From: Betaproteobacteria bacterium
Lineage (GTDB): Bacteria > Pseudomonadota > Gammaproteobacteria > Burkholderiales > SG8-41
NCBI GenBank assembly: GCA_947486575.1
Contig: CANKUB010000006.1
Coordinates: 2,455-66,454, forward strand
Length of the DNA: 64,000 nt
Reading direction: 5' to 3'
A model generated the notes under the pieces. That model was not told the origin of the DNA, did no database searches, and worked only from the letters and a program-made list of their open reading frames with translations. The position numbers were made by a program, and so were the translations under genes. Shown here in pieces: positions 28,338-36,564 of this stretch; position 1 is the first letter of the stretch; every line of letters begins with the position of its first letter.

Positions 28338-29492
28338 GTGACCATCAAAGGCAAAGCCTATATCGGCGGGATTTTCGAGCACCCCGCCCGCAAGCTCGGC
28401 AACGATATTTCGCAGGCCGAGCTGCATGCACAGTGCTCAAAGGGCGCGCTGGAAGACGCTGGTCTTTCGTTCAAGGATGTTGACGGTTATTTCGGCGCGG
28501 GTGACATCCCCGGCGGACTTCTGAGCATGGTGGATTATCTAAACCTGACTGTAAGGCATCTCGATCAGACTTACACCGGCGGTTCTTCGTACCTTTACCT
28601 CGTAGCACACGCTGCCGAGGCCATCGCGGCAGGCAAATGCAGCGTCGCCCTTATTTCGCTGGCTGATTTCGGCCGTCGCGGCACGGCAGTACGCGACCGT
28701 GGCGAGGGCATAGCCGAGCAACCTTTTGAATATCCTTTCGGCCCCGTTACGGTGAACCTGTACGCCATGGCGGCGCAGCGCCACATGTATCAATATGGCA
28801 CCACCAGCGAGCAACTCGCGCAGGTCAAGGTGGCGGCTTCGCACCATGCGCAGTGGAACCCCAACGCCGTAATCCGGAAAGTCTTGACCACCGAAGACGT
28901 ACTCAATTCACCGATGGTCGCCGACCCGCTGCACCGCATGGACTGCTGTGTGGTGACCGATGGCGGCGGTGCGGTCGTCGTAGTTTCGCCGGAAATCGCC
29001 AGACAATTGAAAAAACCCAAGGTCAAGCTGATTGGCGTCGGCGAATCATCCAAAGACCAGATGGGCGGCAAGATAGACCTGACCTACACCGGCGCAGTGC
29101 GCTCCGGCCCCATCGCTTTCGCCGAAGCGGGCGTCACACCCGCCGACATCAAATACGCCTCCATCTACGACAGCTTCACCATCACCGTGGTGGAAACTAT
29201 CGAGGACCTGGGTTTCTGCAAAAAGGGCGAGGGCGGCAAGTTTGTGTGCGACGGCAACTTGGTCTCCGGCGTGGGCAAGCTGCCCTTCAACACCGACGGC
29301 GGCGGCATGTGCAACAACCATCCGGGCAACAAAGGCGGCATCACCAAAGTCATCGAGGCCGTGCGCCAGTTGCGCGGCGAGTCCCATCCCAAAGTGCAGG
29401 TCAAGAACTGCGACATCGCGCTGGCCCACGGCACCGGCGGCTCACTTGGTACGCGCCATGGCAGTGCTACGCTGATTATGGAACGTGAATAG
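28338..29492 (+). CDS. Thiolase-like (SCP-x/Ltp-type) protein lacking the nucleophilic Cys; tandem paralog of 26762..27910
   Basis: The GTG start at 28338 is preceded by AAGAGGA (VTIKGKAYIGGIFEHP, compared with MSIKGKAYIGGIYEHP in the paralog). It has the same motif set and also carries TYTGGSSYL at the nucleophile loop. Confidence 0.8.
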   Translation: MTIKGKAYIGGIFEHPARKLGNDISQAELHAQCSKGALEDAGLSFKDVDGYFGAGDIPGGLLSMVDYLNLTVRHLDQTYTGGSSYLYLVAHAAEAIAAGKCSVALISLADFGRRGTAVRDRGEGIAEQPFEYPFGPVTVNLYAMAAQRHMYQYGTTSEQLAQVKVAASHHAQWNPNAVIRKVLTTEDVLNSPMVADPLHRMDCCVVTDGGGAVVVVSPEIARQLKKPKVKLIGVGESSKDQMGGKIDLTYTGAVRSGPIAFAEAGVTPADIKYASIYDSFTITVVETIEDLGFCKKGEGGKFVCDGNLVSGVGKLPFNTDGGGMCNNHPGNKGGITKVIEAVRQLRGESHPKVQVKNCDIALAHGTGGSLGTRHGSATLIMERE

Positions 29493-29508
29493 CCTCCGTG
29501 GACCGGTC

Positions 29509-30516
29509 ATGAGCGTCTTGCAGCGCGCAGTTAGCATCCTGAACCGTTACGTCATTGCCGTCTGCCTCATTGGCTTGACCGCCACCACGGTGGCAGCCGC
29601 TACGGCTGAACGCGAGCAATATCCAAACCGCTCGATTCGCCTGGTAAATCCCTTCGCGCCGGGCGGTATCGTTGACACCTCGGTGCGCGCAGTCCTGCCG
29701 CATGTGGTGCAAGCCTGGGGGCAGCAGGTTGTTGTCGATAATCGGCCGGGTGCAGGCACCAATATTGGCACGGAAATCGTGGTGCGGGCGCCACCCGATG
29801 GCTACACGTTGTTGGCGACGACGGGTTCGCTCTCGACCAACCCGAACTTCTACCCCAAGCTCTCGTTCAAGCCCACACGCGATCTCGCGCCCGTCATTCT
29901 GCTTGCGCAAACTTCTGGCGCGCTGGCCATTCACACGGGTGTGTCAGCGAAAACTTTGCCAGAGTTCATTGCGCTGGCACGCACACAACCGGGTCAGCTC
30001 ACAGTGGCGTCGGCGGGTACCGGTACCTCCACGCATTTATCCATCGAATTACTGAAATCGCTGGCGAAGATTGACGTCGTGCATGTGCCATTCAAAGGTG
30101 GTGGTGGGGGCATCGTCGGCGTTATGGGCGGGCAACTTGCTGGCGTAATGACGGTACTCACGCTGGTGTTGCCGCATCATAACGCCGGCAAGGTGCGCAT
30201 CCTGGCGGTGACGACAACTACGCGCAGCCCATTGGCGGGCGACATCCCCACCTTTGCCGAGGCGGGTGTTCCCGGCTATGAGGCGGCTGCCTGGGTGGGC
30301 CTGTTCGCCCCGCGTGCCACGCCCCAGCCCGTACTCCGAAAATGGAATGCCGAGATTAACCGGATTATCCGCGAGCCTGAAGTGATAGAGCGTTTCAAGG
30401 CGACTGGCCTGATCGCGCGTGGCGGCAGCGAACAGGAATTGAGCGCCTACTTCCTGAAGGAAACTGAACGCTGGGCGGCTGTGATCAAGGCCGCTAATAT
30501 TGCGATCAACCCCTAG
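29509..30516 (+). CDS. Bug/TctC-family periplasmic solute-binding protein
   Basis: It starts MSVLQRAVSILNRYVIAVCLIGLTATTVAAATA. Motifs YPNRSIRLVNPFAPGGIVD, VVDNRPGAGT and PDGYT are present. The ATG at 29509 is preferred over the GTG at 29485. Confidence 0.88.
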   Translation: MSVLQRAVSILNRYVIAVCLIGLTATTVAAATAEREQYPNRSIRLVNPFAPGGIVDTSVRAVLPHVVQAWGQQVVVDNRPGAGTNIGTEIVVRAPPDGYTLLATTGSLSTNPNFYPKLSFKPTRDLAPVILLAQTSGALAIHTGVSAKTLPEFIALARTQPGQLTVASAGTGTSTHLSIELLKSLAKIDVVHVPFKGGGGGIVGVMGGQLAGVMTVLTLVLPHHNAGKVRILAVTTTTRSPLAGDIPTFAEAGVPGYEAAAWVGLFAPRATPQPVLRKWNAEINRIIREPEVIERFKATGLIARGGSEQELSAYFLKETERWAAVIKAANIAINP

Positions 30517-30542
30517 TCGATACCATGCGATACCACTGCGAG

Positions 30543-31211
30543 CTAAGCCGCATGATCAATCACATACCCCCGCCCATAATGCGTGCGCACCTCCACCCCT
30601 GAACCGGCGAGTTTTTTGCGCACGCGATGGATATAAACTTCAATCGCGTTGTGGCTGACTTCTTTGTCGTAGTTGTATAGCTGCTCCACCAACTGTTCTT
30701 TACTCACCACACGGCCAAATCGCCGCAGCAGAATTTCCAGCACACCGGCTTCGTGCAGCGACATTGGCAGCGGTTTGCCGGCCACACTGGCCACACGGCC
30801 CACGGTATCAAAGATCAATTCCCCGTATTGCAGGGTGGGCGTTGCTACGCCAGTGCCACGCCGCAGCAATGCGCGCACGCGCGCCTGTAACTCACTCAGG
30901 CTGAAGGGCTTAACCAGATAATCATCAGCACCCAGATCCAGTCCGGCGACTTTTTCCTCGGGCTGCTCTCGGCCCGATAAAATCAACACGGGCAGTGAGG
31001 TATTGCGTTTGCGCAGCCGCCGCAGTACCTCAAGACCATCAATTTTGGGCAATCCCAGATCAAGTATCAGCAGCGCAAAATTATCGCTCTTGAGCGCCTC
31101 ATCCGCAGCAAGCCCGTGCGCCACATGGTCCACCACATAGCCCGCCTGCGTCAGCGAAAACCGCAGCGCTTCTGACAACGCGGTGTCATCCTCTGCAATC
31201 AGTATGCGCAT
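30543..31211 (-). CDS. OmpR/PhoB-family response regulator (REC plus winged helix); no adjacent kinase
   Basis: It starts MRILIAEDD and contains LLILDLGLPKIDG and YLVKPF. The C-terminal wHTH reads NAIEVYIHRVRKKL...GRGY. Confidence 0.92.
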   Translation of the reverse strand: MRILIAEDDTALSEALRFSLTQAGYVVDHVAHGLAADEALKSDNFALLILDLGLPKIDGLEVLRRLRKRNTSLPVLILSGREQPEEKVAGLDLGADDYLVKPFSLSELQARVRALLRRGTGVATPTLQYGELIFDTVGRVASVAGKPLPMSLHEAGVLEILLRRFGRVVSKEQLVEQLYNYDKEVSHNAIEVYIHRVRKKLAGSGVEVRTHYGRGYVIDHAA

Positions 31212-31501
31212 GCTCCCCTCCAGAAATTCCTTTCAAAATTGCTGTGCCGCAACAAATTCAGCACTTGGCGACATCTTGTAACTTGTTGTTTTTATTATAT
31301 TTTTACCACATTCCGCACGTTCGTCAGTATGCGGCATTCACATAAAAGTTCAGGTTTCTGTAAGTAACTTCCATTACGATCATTGTGCTCCAAGCGGGCG
31401 TCTGCAAACACGGCACCCGTTTGATCAAGGCTTCTAATAACCAATACTGTAACGGGTCTTGAGCATTTGATAAATCAGTTCATTCAACCAAGGAGGGTTC
31501 C

Positions 31502-31768
31502 ATGCAACCTAGCGTAAAACACCAGGAATACTGGCGAAAAAATCTGGTCATCACCGCAATATTGCTGGCAATCTGGTTTGTTGTCACGTTTATCGAGGGC
31601 TGGTACGCACGTGAGTTGAACAGCATGACGTTCCTCGGCTTTCCACTGGGCTTTTACATGTCCGCACAGGGATCGCTGGCAATTTATGTCGTGATTATCG
31701 GCGTCTATGCCCTCTACATGAAAAAACTCGACAAAGAATTCGGCGTTGATGAAGGAGACCTCGAATGA
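31502..31768 (+). CDS. DUF4212-type small membrane subunit of a sodium:solute symporter
   Basis: The 88-aa, two-TM product is preceded by AAGGAGG. Its stop overlaps the start of the SSS permease as ATGA. Confidence 0.8.
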   Translation: MQPSVKHQEYWRKNLVITAILLAIWFVVTFIEGWYARELNSMTFLGFPLGFYMSAQGSLAIYVVIIGVYALYMKKLDKEFGVDEGDLE

Positions 31769-33840
31769 GCCAAGCCCAAACCCACAGCGCGTTTAATTCG
31801 CAGCTGAAAAAATATTACACCTTTTACACCGGCGGCTTTATCGCGTTTTTGATTTTCCTCGCGATTGCCGAGCAGATGGGCATGTCACGGCAAATGATCG
31901 GTTACATTTTCCTCGCTGCCACCATCGGCCTGTACGCGGGCATTGGCATCATGAGCCGTACAGCCGATGTCTCCGAGTACTACGTTGCGGGCCGCCGCGT
32001 ACCGGCGTTCTTTAACGGCATGGCAACGGGTGCTGACTGGATGAGTGCCGCGTCGTTCATTGGCATGGCGGGCACGCTGTACCTCTCAGGCTTTGACGGA
32101 CTTGCCTTCGTGATGGGCTGGACCGGCGGCTACTGTCTGGTGGCATTCCTTCTGGCACCGTATCTGCGCAAATTCGGCCAGTTCACCATCCCGGATTTTC
32201 TGGGTGCGCGTTATGGCGGCAATATCATCCGCTCAATCGGCGTGATCGCAGCGATAACCTGTTCGTTTGTTTACGTGGTGGCGCAGATCTACGGTGTAGG
32301 CCTGATTACCAGCCGATTCACGGGCTTGGAGTTCGGCGTCGGCGTGTATGTCGGTCTCGCGGGCATTCTGGTTTGCTCCATGCTCGGCGGCATGAAAGCG
32401 GTCACCTGGACACAAGTTGCGCAATACATCATTCTGATCATTGCGTATCTCACGCCGGTGGTGTGGCTCGGCCTCAAGCACACGGGCATCCCCGTGCCGC
32501 AAGTGGCCTACGGCCCGGTGCTGCAAAAAGTGGGCGACCTTGAAAAGAAGATCACCGCTGATCCCAAAGAGATTGAAGTTCGCAATATCTTCAAGGAACG
32601 TGCTGCCACCGCCAACGCCGGCTTGAAAGACCCCGCCAAAGGCTACGCCGACGGCAAGGCCAAGCTCGAAAAAGCAGTGGCTGATGCCAAAGCAATCGAA
32701 CCCGCCGATGCAGCCAAAGTAGCTGCAGCCGAAAAAGCGCTGGGAGGCTATTACAAAGACGAAGCGGCAGCCAAAGCACAGTGGAACAAAGACAAGGGCC
32801 TCGGCGCACGCGCAGCCCCGCCACGGCCGCATGCTGAGCCTTACCCCGGCAAGGATGAAGATGCACGCTTCACGGCGAAGCTCAACTTCCTCGGTATTGT
32901 GTTCTGCATGATGTTCGGCACAGCCGCCCTGCCCCACATTTTGATGCGCTATTACACGACACCGAGCGTGCAGCAGGCGCGCGTATCGGTATTCTGGTCG
33001 CTGTTCTTCATCTTCCTGCTGTATTTCACTGCGCCTTGCCTTGCGGTGCTGGCGAAGTTTGACGTGTACACCAATCTGGTCGGCAGTAGTTTTGCATCGC
33101 TGCCCGCATGGGCTGCGGCTTGGGCCAAGGTTGATCCGAGCCTGCTCAACATCACCGACATCAACAAAGACGGCATCGTGCAACTCGCCGAAATCGTGAT
33201 CGGCGGCGACTTGATCGTGCTGGCAACGCCAGAAATCGCGGGCTTGCCATATGTGGTTTCCGGCCTGGTTGCTGCTGGTGGTCTGGCTGCGGCCCTCTCT
33301 ACCGCTGACGGCTTGCTGCTGACGATTGCCAATGCGCTGTCGCACGATCTTTACTACAAAATGATCGACCCGCAAGCCACCACCAAAACGCGCGTAACGA
33401 TTTCCAAAGGGTTGTTGGTGGTTGTCGCGGGTGTTGCTGCCTACGTCACATCACTCAAACCCGGCGACATTCTGTTCCTGGTGGGTGCTGCGTTCTCGCT
33501 GGCGGCATCGGCATTCTTTCCACCGCTGGTGCTCGGCGTATTCTGGAAGCGCGCCAACAAGTGGGGTGCCATTGTTGGCATGCTGGCCGGATTGGGCGTA
33601 TGCCTGTATTACATGATGCGCACCTACCCGTTCTTCACCAATATGGGCGTGCCGAAGATGGATTTGTGGTTCGGGCTTAACCCGATTTCGGCTGGCGTGT
33701 TTGGCTTGCCGGTAGGCTTGCTCACCATCTTTATCGTGAGCCTGCTGACCGCACCGCCCAATGAAGAGACGCAGAAGCTGGTCGAGCACGTGCGTTACCC
33801 CAATCTGGTGGGTGACACGTATCAATCGCAGGCAAGCTGA
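31765..33840 (+). CDS. Sodium:solute symporter family permease (large subunit paired with DUF4212; ActP-like cation/carboxylate symporter)
   Basis: The 691-aa product is multi-TM SSF sequence interrupted by an Ala/Lys-rich soluble insert of about 110 aa (VLQKVGDLEKKITADPKEIE...PYPGKDEDARF). Confidence 0.88.
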   Translation: MSQAQTHSAFNSQLKKYYTFYTGGFIAFLIFLAIAEQMGMSRQMIGYIFLAATIGLYAGIGIMSRTADVSEYYVAGRRVPAFFNGMATGADWMSAASFIGMAGTLYLSGFDGLAFVMGWTGGYCLVAFLLAPYLRKFGQFTIPDFLGARYGGNIIRSIGVIAAITCSFVYVVAQIYGVGLITSRFTGLEFGVGVYVGLAGILVCSMLGGMKAVTWTQVAQYIILIIAYLTPVVWLGLKHTGIPVPQVAYGPVLQKVGDLEKKITADPKEIEVRNIFKERAATANAGLKDPAKGYADGKAKLEKAVADAKAIEPADAAKVAAAEKALGGYYKDEAAAKAQWNKDKGLGARAAPPRPHAEPYPGKDEDARFTAKLNFLGIVFCMMFGTAALPHILMRYYTTPSVQQARVSVFWSLFFIFLLYFTAPCLAVLAKFDVYTNLVGSSFASLPAWAAAWAKVDPSLLNITDINKDGIVQLAEIVIGGDLIVLATPEIAGLPYVVSGLVAAGGLAAALSTADGLLLTIANALSHDLYYKMIDPQATTKTRVTISKGLLVVVAGVAAYVTSLKPGDILFLVGAAFSLAASAFFPPLVLGVFWKRANKWGAIVGMLAGLGVCLYYMMRTYPFFTNMGVPKMDLWFGLNPISAGVFGLPVGLLTIFIVSLLTAPPNEETQKLVEHVRYPNLVGDTYQSQAS

Positions 33841-33855
33841 TCGTTGTTGGCTATC

Positions 33856-33887
33856 AACAAAGCCCGCTTCGGCGGGCTTTGTTTTTG
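33856..33887 (+). terminator. Rho-independent terminator after the SSS permease
   Basis: The stem is AAAGCCCGC / GCGGGCTTT with a TTCG loop, followed by GTTTTT (33859-33886). Confidence 0.85.
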
Positions 33888-33902
33888 GACTAAAATCCCC
33901 CA

Positions 33903-34457
33903 ATGAACATTCAATCCTGGTGGCACTTTCGGCGTGTGCAGTTTTTCCTGTTCGTCAACAAGCCGGATCAAGCCATGGCCGCACTGAAAGACGTTTTGTC
34001 GGTAGAGCCGTCCAACGTGCTCGCCGCGAATTCGCTGGGGTTTCAGTACGGCGAAAAAGGCGAATACGATTTGGCCGCTGCACAATTTCAGTCTGTACTG
34101 CGCATCAACCCGGATGACGCCAATACGCAATTCAATCTGGGGTTCATATGCCAGAAGCAGGCACGCCACGACGATGCGGTTGCGTTGTTTGAATCCGCCG
34201 TAAAAAATAATGCCACACTGGACCGTGCGTGGTTTGGCCTTGGCATGTCACAAGTCGCGCTGCACCAGCGCGAAGCCGCGGTCACATCGTTTGAGCACGC
34301 TGCCAAACTGCAACCCATGAACCCGCATGCCCTGTATGAACTGGGCGTGCAATATCACGCGCTGGGCCAGCATGAAAAAGTCGCTGACGTAATTGAGCGG
34401 TTAAAACAATTTGATCCCAAAGCCACCGCGCAATTGATCACCGCAACACAAACCTGA
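33903..34457 (+). CDS. Tetratricopeptide-repeat (TPR) protein
   Basis: The 184-aa product contains several 34-aa A/L/Y/G-patterned repeats (for example AANSLGFQYGEKGEYDLAAAQFQSVLRINPDDA and AWFGLGMSQVALHQREAAVTSFEHAAKLQPMNP). Confidence 0.75.
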   Translation: MNIQSWWHFRRVQFFLFVNKPDQAMAALKDVLSVEPSNVLAANSLGFQYGEKGEYDLAAAQFQSVLRINPDDANTQFNLGFICQKQARHDDAVALFESAVKNNATLDRAWFGLGMSQVALHQREAAVTSFEHAAKLQPMNPHALYELGVQYHALGQHEKVADVIERLKQFDPKATAQLITATQT

Positions 34458-34470
34458 CACCGTCAAAACC

Positions 34471-34761
34471 ATGTACCAGCTCGTCATAATACTCAAAGCA
34501 ATCAATGAGATAGCATTGCTCTCGCTACTGGCGCAAGGGTTGCTCTTTTTGTTTGCGGGCGCTAAGCGGGATAGCAACGCAATCTACTTCATCTTCAAAA
34601 CTCTCACCTCGCCTGTGATGAAATTCGCGCGCCTGATAACGCCGCGCTTCGTTCTTGATCAGCACATCGGCTTCGTCGCCTTGTTTATCTTGCTGGCTGC
34701 GGAAGCATTGTTGATCGCCGCAAAAATATACCTGTATATCGAGGCAAGCGGCGCACGTTGA
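34471..34761 (+). CDS. Small hypothetical membrane protein
   Basis: The 96-aa product has two or three hydrophobic spans. I recognise no family. Confidence 0.5.
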   Translation: MYQLVIILKAINEIALLSLLAQGLLFLFAGAKRDSNAIYFIFKTLTSPVMKFARLITPRFVLDQHIGFVALFILLAAEALLIAAKIYLYIEASGAR

Positions 34762-34808
34762 TAACGCGACGCCGGAAAGCAGTCGCAATCTGTTAAAATC
34801 ACACCCCC

Positions 34809-34900
34809 GGAGAGATGGATGAGTGGTTTAAGTCGCACGCCTGGAAAGCGTGTGTACGTCGAAAGTCGTACCGTGGGTTCGAATCCCACTCTCTCCGCCA
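34809..34900 (+). tRNA. tRNA-Ser (anticodon GGA), with encoded CCA
   Basis: The acceptor stem is GGAGAGA/TCTCTCC. The anticodon stem CACGC/GCGTG carries the loop CTGGAAA. There is a long variable arm (GTACG...CGTAC), a T arm GTGGG-TTCGAAT-CCCAC, discriminator G and CCA. Confidence 0.95.
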
Positions 34901-35183
34901 GTTCGATGTTCAGCAGCTTCCAATAACATCTCATAAAATCCAGTAACCGTATGTTTTTAAACAAAAATAATAATATTCTTGTTTAAGGACGACCTAAGTC
35001 ACTTGCTGACATGCGACGGTAACTTTCGCAATAGTTACCGCCACTCATCCAGGCGTTACCGTCAATATTGTTACCCTAAGCGAACGGCAGTGGCACCCTA
35101 CCTGTTCTGTGACGAATAACTACGCTTGGACGGTGTCCGCATGCAGCTACACGCCTGGCGCGTGTTTTGTCGGGCTAGTGCAT

Positions 35184-36374
35184 CTACACCGCCCCCTTGG
35201 CACGCAGCACCGCAATGGCCGCAGCATCGTAGCCCAGACCTTTAAGCACCGCGTCCGTGTGTTCGCCAGCCTCAGGTGTATGCCCTAGCGTATCCGGCTG
35301 CGGATAACTGCTCATGTGGATGGGTTGACCAACCACTTTCTGCGACCCGTATTTCGGATGCTCGACAGGCTTTGCGATACCGAGATGCTGCACTTGCGGA
35401 TCGGCAAATACCTTGTCGATGGTGTTGATCGGGCCGCATGGCACACCCGCTTTACTCATCACCGCATCCCAGTGTGCATTGGTGTGACCGCGCATGATTT
35501 CAGCAAGGCGCGCATTTAGCGCTGGGCGGTTCTTCGAGCGCTGTTGCGGCGTAATGTAATCAGGATTGGTCAGGAGATCGGTGGCGCCCGCCGCCTCGCA
35601 GAAACGCTGCCACAGACTGTCGCCAGACGCGGCGATGTTGATATAGCCGTCGGCAGTCTGAAACATGCCGGTGCCGGTCGCGGTGGGGTGGTTGTTGCCC
35701 TCCTGCCCGGCGACTTCACCACGCATCAGGTAGCGCGCGGCCTGGAAATCAAGCATAAAAATTTGCGTCTCGATCAATGAAGTTGAAACCCACTGACCCT
35801 CGCCGGTGCGCGCCCTGTCGAGCAAAGCGAGAACTAGCGCGTTAGCCAACAGGAGACCTGCTGAGGTGTCGTTAATAGCGATGCCAACGCGGATCGGCCC
35901 GCCGCCAGCATGCCCGGTGATCGACATCAGCCCACCCATGCCCTGAGCGATCTGGTCAACGCCGGGCCTGCCTGCGTAAGGCCCGTCCTGCCCAAAGCCG
36001 GAAATGCTGCCGTAGACGATGCGCGGATTAACCTTTTTCACCGCCTCGTAATCGACGCCGAGCTTGTGCTTGACGGTGGATTTGTAGTTCTCAACGACAA
36101 CATCTGCTGTCTTTGCCAGTTCGAAAAAAATCTTCAGGCCTTCCGGCGTTTTCAGGTTAAGCGTCAGGCTGCGCTTGTTGCGGTGCAGGTTCTGGAAATC
36201 CGGCCCCTCGCGCCGACCACCGGTCGCGTCCATGCCTGCGCCGGGCGCTTCGATCTTGATAACGTCAGCTCCCCAGTCGGCTAGCTGACGTACGGCTGTC
36301 GGGCCTGCGCGGTGTGCGGTCAGGTCTAATACGGTAAAGCCGTTGAGTGGCAATGGGCGGGGTGTCGTTGGCAT
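35184..36374 (-). CDS. CaiB/BaiF family (class III) CoA-transferase
   Basis: The track ORF is trimmed to ATG 36372-36374. The product starts MPTTPRPLPLNGFTVLDLTAHRAGPTAVRQLADWGADVIKIEAPG, a typical family III N-terminus. Confidence 0.88.
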   Translation of the reverse strand: MPTTPRPLPLNGFTVLDLTAHRAGPTAVRQLADWGADVIKIEAPGAGMDATGGRREGPDFQNLHRNKRSLTLNLKTPEGLKIFFELAKTADVVVENYKSTVKHKLGVDYEAVKKVNPRIVYGSISGFGQDGPYAGRPGVDQIAQGMGGLMSITGHAGGGPIRVGIAINDTSAGLLLANALVLALLDRARTGEGQWVSTSLIETQIFMLDFQAARYLMRGEVAGQEGNNHPTATGTGMFQTADGYINIAASGDSLWQRFCEAAGATDLLTNPDYITPQQRSKNRPALNARLAEIMRGHTNAHWDAVMSKAGVPCGPINTIDKVFADPQVQHLGIAKPVEHPKYGSQKVVGQPIHMSSYPQPDTLGHTPEAGEHTDAVLKGLGYDAAAIAVLRAKGAV

Positions 36375-36503
36375 ATTCTCTCCAGAGGAAGTGATGAGTT
36401 GAAATTCGCAAGCATCAAGCTTGAGTATCGCACCCCGGCGCTCCAACCGGAAAAATGCTGAAAGCCGGGCTGACACGCTCTGTGTGATAGACTATTTTTT
36501 GAT

Positions 36504-36520
36504 GGGAATCTCGCATTCCC
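36504..36520. promoter_or_regulatory. Candidate operator palindrome in a divergent promoter region
   Basis: GGGAAT-ctcgc-ATTCCC is a perfect 6-bp inverted repeat. It lies 45 bp upstream of the ATG at 36565, between divergent genes. Confidence 0.3.
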
Positions 36521-36564
36521 GCACACCATCATGCCGATGGCCAATCAACCCGGGAGGAAACCCA

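Noticed and set aside
3512-29492. Interpreting the ACAD pair, split MaoC hydratase and Cys-less thiolase-like/DUF35 genes as a steroid or bile-acid side-chain degradation cluster.
   Set aside because: The individual architectures resemble ChsE/ChsH/Ltp2-type enzymes. However, the genes lie in separate operons up to 20 kb apart. No ring-degrading genes (KshAB, Hsa, KstD context, TesB-type) are present. The TTT receptors point to small carboxylate substrates, so only the mechanistic analogy is retained.
31411-31424. A sigma-54-like element CGGCAC-ccgt-TTGA upstream of the DUF4212/SSS genes.
   Set aside because: The spacing and the -12 element (TTGA instead of TTGC, with 4 rather than 5 intervening nt) do not fit the GG-N10-GC consensus. 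No enhancer-binding protein is encoded nearby.
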